Of a DNA stretch of 64,000 bases, positions 41,901-54,576 are shown in pieces (position 1 is the stretch's first letter; each line of letters begins with the position of its first letter). The notes under the pieces were generated by a model. It did not search any database, was not told where the DNA came from, and was given only the letters and a program-made list of their open reading frames with translations. Source of the stretch: Amphiscolops sp. MND2022 (taxonomy: Eukaryota); contig OZ076409.1 of assembly GCA_964187785.1 (NCBI GenBank), forward strand, positions 2,730,001-2,794,000, given 5' to 3'. Position numbers and translations under genes: made by a program.

Positions 41901-44242
41901 TGAACCGTCAAAACACCCAGGAGAGGAAATCCAAATCTACTTCACGGGAAATCTAAACAGTAAACACCTAGACTCCTCCCCCTTTATATTAATAGCCGTA
42001 GATAAAAACACCTGCTGTCCAGTAGCAAAAATCTGCAAAAATACAAACCACGATACGGTTATAACTTTCCTACGGGAATACATAAACAATTATGGAGTAC
42101 CGAAAACATTTAAATCGGACAATGGCAGCGCTTTTATCTCAACAGAATATTAAAGTTTCTGCAAAGAATACAAAAAAATACGCAAAGACGGCACACCAAA
42201 CCTGCACACTGGTACAGGATTGGTTGAAAGAACCATTCAATCACTGAAGAATCTGATAAAGACAAATTTAGAAGAAACACAAAATTTACGAGAAAGCTCA
42301 AACAAAGCATTATATATAGTTCGTTTTACTATACACTCAGAAATAAAAAAACCTCCTTTGAACTACCTTTTGGACGAGAACCCGAAACAAAACTATCTAA
42401 TATAAAAAATGCTATTTCAGTTGACTCCAAGGACCTATCACTGTACATCACCCGCAACAAGGCCGGCGAGATCACAGACCATCTGGTGATGTCAAAAAAG
42501 AAAATCAATTACACGAAAAACCGGAGAGGAATGACATTCACCCAAAAACAAAAACCGTCAAATACGGTAAGTAACGGGAAAAATACAGATTATCCGTTTA
42601 CTTTTTTCGGAAAAGCACGCTTGAAAGCAAATTTAGCAATAAACCGCAAATTGCAATTTCGGGAACTAAACACACGGTAACTACTGACAAGAATAAAAAT
42701 ATACACAGGAAACTAAAATCTAACCCGATACCCTTCCATGCAACAGCAACACCAACGAAAAGGATCAACACTAGACTGACCACCCCCACCACCACCACCA
42801 CCACCACCACCACCACCACCACCACCACCACCACCACCACCACCACCACCACCACCACCACCACCACCACCACCACCACCACCACCACCACCACCACCAC
42901 CACCACCACCACCACCACCACCACCACCCACCACCACCACCACCACCACCACCACCACCACCACCACCACCACCACCACCACCACCACCACCACCACCAC
43001 CACCACCACAACCACCACCACCACCACCAACACCACCACCACCACCACCACCACCACCACCACCACCACCACCACCACCACCACCACCACCACCACCACC
43101 ACCACCACCACCACCACCACCACCACCACCACCACCACAACCACCACCACCACCACCACCACCACCACCACCACCACCACCACCACCACCACCACCACCA
43201 CCACCACCACCACCACCACCACCACCACCACCACCACCACCACCACCACCACCACCACCACCACCACCACCACCACCACCACCACCACCACCACCACCAA
43301 CACCACCACCACCACCACCACCACCACCACCACCACCACCACCACCACCACCACCACCACCACCACCACAACCACCACCACCACCACCACCACCACCACC
43401 ACCACCACCACCACCACCACCACCACCACCACCACCACCACCACCACCACCACCACCACCACCACCACCACCACCACCACCACCACCACCACCACCACCA
43501 CCACCACCACCACCACCACCACCACCACCACCACCACCACCACCACCACCACCACCACCACCACCACCACCACCACCACCACCACCACCACCACCACCAC
43601 CACCACCACCACCACCACCACCACCACCACCACCACCACCACCACCACCACCACCACCACCACCACCACCACCACCACCACCACCACCACCACCACCACC
43701 ACCACCACCACCACCACCACCACCACCACCACCACCACCACCACCACCACCACCACCACCACCACCACCACCACCACCACCACCACCACCACCACCACCA
43801 CCACCACCACCACCACCACCACCGACAAGCCATCCTGTTCAAAGACAGCAGAAACGACCTGCATGTACCGCAGAAAAGAGACACCAAGACCGGAGAACAC
43901 GGAGAGCAGTGCTGATTGGTTAAAAAGAAGGGACCAACCAAGAAACGAAAAAGGCCAATTCACAAGCCCCGAAAAGTCGGCAGGAAACCAATGGATCTCG
44001 ACCTGAGCATGGTATCTGATGACGACGATTTCCAATGCTACAAGACCAGCGAAGGAAAGCCCGTCCACACCAATGTAGATGACGAACTACAGCTGCTCCC
44101 GAAGGGCACAAACTTAACACCCGAGGCAGGTATTAAAACAAATTTACCGTCCGAAGAATCCCACCAAACTGTGAGAAAATCGAAAAGAATACCTAATGCA
44201 AAACAAACCGAAAAATATCCCATACTACACAAAAAACATTAA
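38950..44242 (+). pseudogene. gag-pol pseudogene of the plus-strand Gypsy element; RT C-terminus and RNase H deleted
   Basis: Two-knuckle gag CGFCGRQNWTPQHNCPAKTVKCNNCQKIGHFARVC, protease FIIDTGSPVT, RT (KIALDARKLN) breaking off at GYYRFLDGF (~40757), integrase HLGHPG...CSAC and VERTIQSLK. Confidence 0.92.
42779..43824 (+). repeat. (CCA)n microsatellite, ~1.04 kb
   Basis: Nearly pure CCA with a few CAA interruptions and one extra C near 42929. Confidence 0.99.
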
Positions 44243-44631
44243 AAAGAAAATAAATAATAATTGTGTTTTACAGGGAAACCAGACCGATCAATCGAATCAA
44301 TCACACAATAAAGAGGAAATCAACCGTGAAATACGGACAACCAACCGCAAAATACGGACAACGATAGAAGACCAAAGCCTTAACCGATTATTTCGGAGCT
44401 ACCATCCAAAACAATCGCCCACAACCGAATCCACCCGGAGGAGGGGGAATGTGGAATGTAGAGGTCAAACCATTTCACATAGACTAAACTACCATAGACA
44501 GAGAGTTGCTTGACTATATTTACAAACGAACTCTATTTGATTTCTGTCTTATTTATGTTGCTACATTCAGATACTCAGTACAAAGTACGCTCTGATACAA
44601 TACAGTTCGAAAGAGATTTACTTGCCACGAA

Positions 44632-44633
<2 letters not shown>

Positions 44634-44702
<69 letters not shown>

Positions 44703-45652
44703 AAAGAATCAATTCACTGAAGACAGGAAGCGTAAACAACAATACGTATGAATGCTACATTTACATGTTTGAAAGATATATATTCAGGAAGAAATACGAT
44801 ATCAGGAACGACACACAGAAGATCTACATTTCACATGATAGGTACACATGTTATTGTAGTTAAACTTTGTTCTAGTCAGATTTTTCAAATATTCAGAAAG
44901 TGCATGTTTGAATTTTTCCAACGGCCAATTGAAGTCAATGATTTTATCTGTAAGTAACACATTGCTTATCCAAGGAGCACGAATACAAAACTTTTCCATG
45001 GATTTCTACTTTGAGGAGTAGCTGATTTCAAAAAGATCAAGTCGTGAATTTCTGGTTGGATTGCATTTTTGCTTCAGAGGCATCGTAATATGGAAATCGA
45101 CACGTTTGTTCACTATTTTCCAGAGAAAAAATGACATCGGCCCGAACAAGTTGATAACAAATTGGAAGGAGATCCAATCTTTCCAAGGTACATTCATAAT
45201 CCAGGCCAGGACAGATCCATAGGAGCACTTTTTTCTGGAAATTTTCCAAGCACTGTAGGCTAAAACAACAAGGGGCCCAACAAGGTGAAGCATACAAAAG
45301 AATACTCAGAACTAAAGTTTTATACAACATTAACTTCTTTCCAGTTGAGAGACTAAACGGTAACACACGTCTGATAAATTGAAACACTTTGATCCCTTTT
45401 TGGATTGCTTTTAGGATGTGATCTTTCCATTTTAAATCTTTTGATATCAGGACACTTAAATCCAATATTTGATCTACGGAAATGAATGGGTTTTCTCCAA
45501 GGCGTAACGTCAAAGGTTGCGTTGAATTTGAGCAGGGGAAAAACTTCAACTTTGTAGTATTGAACTCCATTCCGTTATCATCAGCCCATTGTAGTAGACT
45601 GTTGATATCCATTTGGGTTTCAATGTTGAAGGGTAAAGGAATATGGGTAAAG
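44634..45652 (-). mobile_element. 5'-truncated non-LTR retrotransposon (CR1/L2/Jockey-group-like) with (ACT)n tail
   Basis: RT C-terminal ORF DINSLLQWADDNGMEFNTTK...DLSVLISKDLKWKDHI...LYKTLVLSILLYASPCWAP (45037-45612), frameshifted tail to 44802, short UTR, then (TAG)n on plus strand at 44632-44701; GAATA repeated at both junctions. Confidence 0.88.
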
Positions 45653-45663
45653 GAATATCGTTT

Positions 45664-46749
45664 TTAGTCGCCGCTTTATCCTTTTAAGGAAAAATGCCCG
45701 ACTATAGCAGTGACCTTTTTAGTCGGCGCGTTTTCCTTTTAGGGAAAAATGCCCGACTATAGCAGTGACCTTTTTTTCTTTTTTTCTTCAGACTACAATC
45801 CTCACACTGATCAGTCCACTTTTTACAATCCTGAGCAGAGCACCTGAGGCCAAGTCCGCCCAAGGCAAACTTTACTCCAAAGGGTCCCCCTTTTATTTTT
45901 TACTTTTTTAACGTAACCTACAAAACCGGACGTGCCTCAAGGGTCCCCCCTTTGGATTTTTTCGGCACTGTGCGACTTTTTTTCGAAAATTTTTTAATGT
46001 CCCCAAAGGGTCCCCCCTTTGAGTTTTTTGATATTTTGCAACGGAATGTTTGTTAATAAATCCAGAAGTGTCCCGCCTTTTACATTTTTCGGCACTATGC
46101 GACTTCTTTTGAAAGAAAAAATTTTTTCAAAAATTTCAATTTTTTTTCCAAAAAAAGTGTTTTACGCTTTTTGAGCCTTAGATATGGCGCCGACTTTAGA
46201 CGTTCTCGTCTTGTTTTTTCTTCAGACTACAATCCTCACACTGAAAGGTCCACTTTTCTTACAATTCTTACAGTCTTAAAATCTTACAATTCTCACTTAG
46301 CAAATTTAAAATACTGGCGCAAAAGCTTGCGAAGTAGTATTTTTACATCATCTAAGAAACTCAAAGGACCAAAGGGTACTGCCTTAGAGTATTTTCGGCG
46401 CTGTGAGACTTTTTTTCGAAAAAAAATTCCCAAAGGTTCCCCCCTTCAATTTTTTTGGAGTTTTCCGACAGAACGGATGTTGAAAAATCCCAAAGGGTCC
46501 CCCTTTCAGTTTTTTCGGCATTGTGAGACTTTTTCTCAAAATTTTTTTTCACCAAAAGTGCCCCTCTAATTTTTTTTGATTTGCGACAGAATGGATGAAA
46601 AATCTCAAAGTGTCTCCTCTGGTGCGCCAATTCGGTTCAACTTTTGGGTGTTTCCGGTACCGTAGAAGAAACTACTTTGACACTTTGAAGTCCTTTTGCT
46701 GTTTTGGAGCCTTAGATATGGCGCCGACTTGGGCCGTTCCCGGCTTGTT
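45664..46749 (+). mobile_element. HINE-A copy (outer) inserted in the Gypsy 3' LTR
   Basis: 5' hairpin 45664-45716, remainder 46216-46749 ending GGCGCCGACTTGGGCCGTTCCCGGCTTGTT; LTR sequence resumes exactly after it. Confidence 0.85.
45718..46215 (+). mobile_element. HINE-A copy (inner) nested in a T-run of the outer copy
   Basis: TTTAGTCGGCGC ... GGCGCCGACTTTAGACGTTCTCGTCTTGTT. Confidence 0.85.
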
Positions 46750-47663
46750 AATAGATTATAGTTAGATCTTAACAGTTATATCCACTAGAACGTTTGAAAG
46801 TTGTACAATAATGACTCAAATGGATGCATATTCGATTCTTTCCTTTTTATTCAACCAAAAAACATCAAACTTTCAAACTAGAAAAACTTTCCTTCTGAAC
46901 GGCTTGTTGTTCGGAGGTATTATAACCCATGAAAACAGTAGTTTGAAGATGTACAAAAGTTGTGAAAGGAAGGTCAAAAATTGGAATTGTCGGCTATTTT
47001 TGGCTATGTTTACACAAAAACTTCAATTGTCTCTTCTAAATTGCTACAGTGCTGCTGGTTGTTTTGACATTGAATTTTGTGGATGTTCTAATTCTTAGAA
47101 ATCAGCAAAATCTGTTCATAAATTGCATGTATACGGTGAAAGATAGCAAAATTTAGGATTTTTTGGCCTATTGGGTGTCATTGGCAGGGGTGAGTTAGGG
47201 CTGTTTTAGTAATAGCTTTTTCGGAAGAAGTTCGATTGAAATTGAAGCGTACCTACTCAGTGTAAAATATCTTGAAACTCTTGCCAAGAATCCTGCATAT
47301 TCTAGAAACCCTTGGTAAGAATCTTGGTGTTCCCGTGTTGGAAATTTGTCGAACAAATCCGCAAATCATTATTTTATCCAAAAATTTTTGTCTCAACATG
47401 GAATTTCATGCTATTCCATGAATGTTTTCAAATGGTTTAATGCGATAACTTCATAGCAATAACATGCATGGATTTATATTGAACTATATTTATATTGAAG
47501 TAATGGTTTCATATATGGAATTCCAGGAAAACATCATGAATTTTGATTACGAAATTTCCATCCAACAATTACATCTGGAAACTCTACCTCACGAAAATGT
47601 TACGATAAAACGATAGATACAGCAACTATCAAAAAACTATCAACTTTTTTGTATCTATCACCA

Positions 47664-48372
47664 CCCAGTGGAAAATATCTTGAAACTCTTGCCAAGAATC
47701 TTGCAATTTCCTGAAAGCCTTTGTAAGAATCTTGACAAGATTCTTACCAAGAGCGCCAAGAATATGTACGATCTTGCAAGATCTTGCCAAGAACTTCAAG
47801 AAAAAGGCCTAATTTGTTCGACTGAAAAAACGCAGAAAAGTGTTTTTAGTACAAAAAACCTTCCAGGAAAAACCAAGAATCTTGTCAAGAAATCCAAGAA
47901 AATCCAAGAAACACCAAGAATCTTGCCAAGAAATCCGGGAAAATGCAAGAAATGCCAAGAATCTTGCCAAGAGTTTCAAGTGAAAACCCAACAAAAGTGA
48001 ATGAAAACAAACAAAAACCCACGCCAACTTCGGCTTGATCAGCGTACCTATTATACCACGGCTGTTCGCGCGACCAACCAAACTATCATGTTCTGAATTT
48101 CAATACTTTGTGTTGTCTTATATCCAATACTTCAAAGAATGATAGTGTAGCTGGAAGTGCGAACAACAGCAAAAACTTGTAAACAAAATTGTTGTTTGTT
48201 TTTATTTTCTTGACACTCTTGATAAGACTCTTACCAAGATTCCTATCAAGAATTTCAAGAGTTTTGTGTCAAGCAAGAATAAACAAGATCTTATCAAGGG
48301 TTTCAAGAGGTAACGGGAATTTGCGGGAAAATCCAAGATCTTGGCAAGAGTTTCAAGATATTTTACACTGGG
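47664..48372. mobile_element. MITE with ~38-bp TIRs and CAAGAATCTTG repeats
   Basis: CCCAGTGGAAAATATCTTGAAACTCTTGCCAAGA / TCTTGGCAAGAGTTTCAAGATATTTTACACTGGG; an additional left end at 47256. Confidence 0.8.
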
Positions 48373-49151
48373 TAGAGGGCAAATTCTTCTAGACTTTACG
48401 TTGTTGCTATTTATTTTACTATAATTAGTCTCAGTCTGAAGTACCTGTTACTGTCTAATTATGAGCATTATGTAAATTCCACTCAGTAGCTAAACAACAA
48501 AAACTGAGTTTCATGTTAAAGTCTTTTTTTAACAAAGAGATTACAAGATGGCGCAAAAAAGGTTCCATTTTTGAGGCAGTTGATTTTTGTGGAAGAATCT
48601 CTATAATTTGGGTATCAAAAAAGAACGAAACAAAGGACAGAAATGGCGGTTCAGAATGCAATGTTTTTCCATTATAGAAATTTGAACGGAACCCAACAGG
48701 GGTCATAACAAAACAACCATTGCAATGTGTTTCGCATGAAAGATGAACGGAAAGATAAAATTATGCGCCAATCGCTCAAAATGTGCTACCTTTTTTGGGT
48801 CAAAACATGTTGAAAATTTATATCCACGAAAGCTGGATTTAATGCTACATAATTGCAATTTTGGAAATTTTCATACAATTTTTGTCAAATATAAAATAAC
48901 TCAACTTTCTCACATGTATCTAAATTATCTAATTGAACGATGAAGGGGGTCTCCGATTGTGCCTCTCCTCCATCTGTCTTATCCGAATCAGGTAGATGAG
49001 AGGCTTTCTAAAAACCCAGTCTGGTTTCTCATTCAGGACATTTCGACAATACAATAATGTCTGAAGACTCAATGAGTGTATTAACACAAGACGAATTATA
49101 TGAAACTTTCCTTGGTACGAAATTATCGGGAGGTAGTACATGTTTAAAAAA

Positions 49152-49614
49152 AACAAGCCGGGACCGGTCCAAGTCGGCGCCATAACTAAGGCTCAAAAAA
49201 AGCAAAAGCACTTCGAAGTGTCAAAGTATACTCTTCTACAGCATACTAAATTTTTTTGAAAAAGTCTCGCAATGCCGAAAAAACTGGAAGGTGGAACTTT
49301 TTCAGATTTTTTAACATCCAATCTGTCGCAAACCTCCGAAGTAATTGAAGGGGGAAATTTTTTCCCGAAAAAATCTCGCAATGCCGAACGAAATTTAAAA
49401 GGGGGACCATTTGGTCTCGTCCGGTAGTGTATGCTACGCGGGAAGCATTTTGGTACAGTTCCCTGGGTCAACAGGGGCAATTTATAATTTTGTAGAACTT
49501 TGGTAGAACTATTTTGGTCAATCCAGGTGTATCGACAAAAAAATGAAAGAAATAAAAACACTGACAAAAGGCCACAACTATAGTCGGTTGCTTTCAAGAA
49601 AAGCGTCTACTAAA
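49152..49614 (-). mobile_element. HINE-A copy
   Basis: Plus strand reads AACAAGCCGGGACCGGTCCAAGTCGGCGCC ... AAGCGTCTACTAAAAA. Confidence 0.8.
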
Positions 49615-49899
49615 AATGCTGACTATTATGTCTATTACACTTACGATAATCATTGAAACGACATACTTTCAGAGGACGAAGAAAAAGATTACGTAGAAAA
49701 TGAAACGAAAAAAAAAACAAAACAAGTACACACGAAAACGCGAATTGATGGGGATCGAACAACTTCGGTATGGTTGCCAGACACCGGCCGTCCATTAGGC
49801 CAACAGCGGCATGACGTTGAAGATTATCACGTGTACACAATTTGATACACTGCACGAATCTCATGTTTGACCGCTTTTGTCCTAGAAGAAGACATCTGT

Positions 49900-50800
49900 A
49901 AAAGGGGGACGATCTTGATTAACGGTGTCGTATAAATGCTGTGTTGTTCTCAAGTTTGCTGACCGGCAATACCGTCAGTACTCTACTTGAGTTACCCAAC
50001 TCTTGCCATTGTGAAAAGGCTCCGCGTAGCGGTAGGACGAATGATCAACACTATGACGTCAGCATTCAGCATTGACTTAGCAATGTCAGGTTTTGTTTAA
50101 CCCAAATAGCCTTTAACCAGATGACCTTGCATACTCTTGGGCGCGAGCGAAGCGTTTCTGATGGTTGCAGCTGGGTTGATTGGCTGTGAGCTTGAACTGG
50201 GTCTGCCAAGCAGGAAATCGTTCGATCAGAGCGCGTCGAAATCATTGGTTGGAACTAACAGGTGTCAAGAGTCTGGCGTTAAGTGTTTATTCCATAAGGC
50301 ACAAGGTAGTTGAAAGGACATCTTCGGTTAACTTCCGGTTGTCTACGATTGCGTAAAACACACGCTAACAAGTCGTTCCCAGGACCCTCCCTGATGGGGA
50401 CTTCCAGACGGATTACACTTCCATGTCAACTTTTGTGATGAATCATTATCGTAATTCCAAAATTTACTACAAGTACGAAGCTCTTTCTCCGCACCCACGA
50501 AGTTGATCCTTATCTGACCATATCACTGATGGCGTACCACGACGTGCGATGAATCTCCCAATGCCCATCTCATAAGCGCTGGTGTCGAACGAAGAAACAA
50601 TTTCCAGATGTACAGCGCGTGTGATCAGGCATGTGAACAAGAATGCTTTTCGTTTCTCAGATGGACGTCGAACCTTAACAAAAAGGGACTGAAGTAGTCG
50701 ACGCCGATCATGGTGACGATGGAGACTGATTTGCTAACCGCTCTTTAAGAAAGTCAGCCATTATAGGAGCGCAAGTTGGATTATTAACAACGAACGTCAT
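49900..50800 (-). pseudogene. BEL/Pao integrase relic
   Basis: Minus-strand fragments GVDYFSP, LFTCLITRAVHLEIVSS, GRFIARRGTPSVIWSD, NFVGAEKEL, WKCNPSGSPHQGGSWERL. Confidence 0.88.
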
Positions 50801-52790
50801 ATAACGAACTTTGCTCGGAATTCAAAGATACCTTTAGAAAAAAGTATTTCCTCAATTCCCCGGAGGAAAGCAATTCTGTTTTTCTAAATCGGCGTCCGTT
50901 TTCATTTCCCCACAGCAAGCTATGGTACCATACTTGCAGACAAGTCAAACAATTGGGGACTGGAAACTGTGGTTAGTTCCAAAGTGATTCGCTCAAGGTA
51001 ACAAAGATCTGAGTGCTCACTGTTGCTCTTTTTCAAAAAGCGCATTTCTGTGAAGAAGAGTTATCATTTGGGTTGTCATTGACCATACCACTACGCTAGG
51101 GTCGAAGGACTTGCTTAAGGCCTAAAATTGGCGATTTGAGAGCGATTCGAGCGTCATACCGCGCCAGACTGAGAACAAGCTGAATGCTCTAACAACTACA
51201 CCATTCTCCGTAATTAATGCACCTAGGCGCTAGTTTATTCGAAGAGTTCGTGGTTACAATAGTTTCGTTTGGAGCAAAATTTGGTCGATTTCAGACATTG
51301 TTCAGTCTATTTGGTTAATAGAATTTTTTGATTTTCCTTTGAGATTTTTTGAACTAAATGATGTTTGATGAATGAAATCGGCATTGATTGTTAGACAATT
51401 GAAAATAAAGTGAATTCTTTGAAAAAAACTTGGAAAGATTTCAAAAAATCCAACAAATCGGCGCGCGAATAATTAAAAAGATGAAAATTGATGAAAGAAA
51501 CATAAAAATACTCAAAAAAAAGCATAAATGAAAGTACTTTTCATCAAAAATCACACAGATTGATTCATTATAAACACTAGCGGAGTAACAATAAGACAAA
51601 TAACGTGCAAATTTGTAGATTCGCTAGATATTGATTTCCTACAAATTGCCAATCATCCTTGCTTTCATTCTGATTTAAAGTATTCCATAAAACCCTTTCA
51701 TATATTTCAACTTCAAAGCGAACCAAAAAAAGCTTCATAGCTTCGGAGCCATTCTAAAATCGTATGTCGGCGGCTTTCAAAGAAAATGCGTAACAATAAT
51801 GCAACAATCATTTACCCACAAAATTATCTCTCCAAGCGCTGAAAACAAAATCATTGTCAGTCGCATCTGAATTTGTACAAAACTTCTAAGTAAATTTGCA
51901 GAAAAACCGCGAAATCTGCGTTTTGCCTCTGGCAGAGAGAATTGTAGTGATTGTGATTCTATTTCCATATATATAATCCCCGACATTTTAAACAATGAAA
52001 AAAAAACAATGTTGAGTTTCAGTCTTACAAAGTAGATATTGTTTTGAGAATTGAAAAGCCTAAAAGTGAAGCCTCTTGGAAAAGCGAATGAAGTAGATAA
52101 TTGTTAAATTTCCAAGTCAGGGTTGAAACGGTTCCATACGTTTTGTTTATAATTGTTTTTCAAATATATAGTTCAGTGTCCTATTTCACCAAAATCATCA
52201 AAGATTTCGGTTGTCAATTCCCGAGATTATACTCTTAACTGGTCTTGAGATTTATTAGCTTAGTGCTGTAATTTAGTGCTTTAATTGAACACGTAGCAAA
52301 TTTTAAAAACTAAATTCAAACAAAAATTCTGAGAAAATATAGAAAAGAAAGAAGTTTAGTTTGAAAGCAAACTTATCATGAGATGCCGATTTCCGGCCGC
52401 CAAGTTGCGTGAACACTTGCGAACTTAAGATTTGATTTCATAGATCTACAGTAGCGTTCTAAAATATCGCAACCTCATTGTTTAAAATGGCAAAATTGAA
52501 ATCCAAATTTCTAATGAACTGTCGCGAATACAAAAATTTGCCGTATACTAAAGGTTCTTAGAATTTTATCTAGTTTACAAAAATATTTGTTGAAATTTCT
52601 AAGAACCATACTGAAAATGCAAATTTTGGAAAATTTTAATTGAAATTTGAGTTTTTCCGAAAATTGAGTGGCTTAGAAATAAAACTTCTGGATTTTTTCA
52701 TTCAGAGACTCCCTATAAGCTCCCTAATCTATTGAATTGTTTTGATCGAGAATTTGTTTCGAATCAGGAAAAATGCACTATATTTTGTGT

Positions 52791-54576
52791 GGGAGGCGGA
52801 AATTTCGTCGCAAGAAATTTCGTCGTCAGACATTTCGTAGTCAGCAAGTTCGACGTCGGAAATTCTTGCTAATTAAAAGCGCCAACCTAATCTCCACTTA
52901 AGTAACATACTGGAAAGCGTTATTGTTGATAATTTCTAAAGTTTGATCGAATATTCATTAACACAACCAAGACTATAATTAATAGGACTCACAATTTTTG
53001 TATAAAAGAGAAACAGACGTTCAGACATCGAATTTTAAACTAACAACCGAGGCCGATCAATTGTCATTCGTCAAGGGTACTTTTACAATCTCGAAAGAGA
53101 AAGTGACATCAAAACTTTTTGACGTTGCAACTTTTTCTACAAAACTAAATTAAATGTCGATTGAAAACAATTGGATCAACCGTGCAGAAAAACTTAGTTG
53201 CCGATATAGCACCGCCTTTACTATTTGCATTGTTGACCGACTACGAGAAAGCACACATCAAAACATTTGGCAAAGCGTATCCCCTAGCCACTCTCAGTGG
53301 TTGCATATTTCATCTTGCGCAAGCAATAATGAGGAACGTCAACGAATGCGGATTGAAACACAAGTATATCAACGACCACCATTTCCTAATTCGACTGAAG
53401 TGTCTGCAAGCTCTGAACTTAATTCCTGAACCAATCGTTATATAGTGCTTTGAACTGATTGCTGGCGACTTTGAAGACGATGAATGAGCTTTGTGCAACT
53501 ACTTTGAGCGTACATATTTCGGCGCAATTAATCCTCGATGAAAAGAAAGACAGCAGCCACAGTATAGCCTTGAATTTTGGAATATGCTAGACCGATCAAT
53601 CCTAGGAGCCCCGCTGACAACCAACCACAGCGAAGGTTGGCATGCCATAATGAATTCAGCTTGCGGTCGCAATAGTCCAAATATTTGTCAAATCCTGGAC
53701 TTGCTTAAATCAGAAATGGGTCTGGTCCGTTTGGAATTACTTAATTACAAAATCGGCGGCGAATGGAGAGTGAGGACTTATGTGAATGGTTCCACAAAAA
53801 AGCTGCAATACCTTTGCTTGACAGAAATACCGAACTAAGATGACAAAAAAGAAATCTTGAAGTGTTTTGCAATGCTGTTTTAATAATTCAGAGTAAATAA
53901 TTTCTTCCCTTTGTGTTCGTGATTTTATTCATTACGAATAGAACTTTTTAATTTCGATATTGTTTTTAGAAAGAACATTTTGCAAGCTAACAAGTGGTTG
54001 CACTCTCCCCCACCGCAGATTCTGGTTAATTCCGGCAAAGATTCAGTCCTTTCAGAAGCAGCTCAATTTGAGAGTCCTTAATGACCATCTGTGCGTACCT
54101 CAGTAAACCATCATTGGTACGATGGTTTTTTTTCCGGAAGAAAGTTGCAGTACGGAGGCTTTGTATTATAATTTTCGTGAAACAAAACACGTGATTTAAA
54201 AATTCTACCATAATTGCGACACAAACCAATTTCCAATCAATTTGTTTCATCAGGTAGAAATGCAACCTAAACGTTTTTTCTTCGGAAAACAAATCATTGT
54301 CTGTAGTCAATTTCCAAAAAGAATAAATTAGAAGAATAGAATCTTGGTAAAACATGTGAAAAAATTGAGGTTGATTCAAGCTCCCACTGTGCTTTTTGTT
54401 CATACACATTATTTCATACAGTTATCAAGTGATTCAATTAAGATTGACGTCACGCGAGCTGTATTACGACTACAATTCCGACGACGACGTTTCTGACGAC
54501 GAAATTTCTTACGAGGAAATTTCTCACGACTAAAATTCCGACGACGAATTTTCTGACGACGAAATTTCTTGTAATC
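52791..54576 (+). mobile_element. Decayed Mutator-like (MULE) DNA transposon
   Basis: Inverted subterminal arrays GAAATTTCGTCGTCA / TGACGACGAAATTTC; flanks TTTTGTGT and TTTTGTAT (8 bp, 1 mismatch); internal transposase remnant. Confidence 0.82.
53161..53838 (+). pseudogene. MULE transposase C-terminal remnant
   Basis: LTDYEKAHIKTFGKAYP...GCIFHLAQAIMR (D...CxxH motif) and TTNHSEGWH...SPNICQILDLLKSE, interrupted by stops. Confidence 0.85.

Larger units (their letters stand above)
38682..46774 (+). mobile_element. Ty3/Gypsy (Mag-like) LTR retrotransposon, internally deleted, with nested insertions in its 3' LTR
   Basis: 5' LTR 38682-38898, PBS TGGCGCAGT at 38899, PPT GGAGGAGGGGGA before 44450; 3' LTR in three pieces: 44450-44633, ~45653-45665 and 46750-46774. 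Confidence 0.93.

Noticed and set aside
42598..44068. 447-aa and 451-aa poly-Trp/Val/Gly ORFs
   Set aside because: Translation artefacts of the (CCA)n tract, antisense to the retroelement.
44510..44863. Poly-Ser ORF with a signal-peptide-like start
   Set aside because: Runs across LTR, (TAG)n tail and antisense LINE UTR; a chance open frame.
46171..46569. Recurrent short ORFs beginning LSLRYGADF/SADF (also 11271, 25849, 49193, 58701)
   Set aside because: Translations of the conserved HINE-A end in varying frames; no consistent protein.
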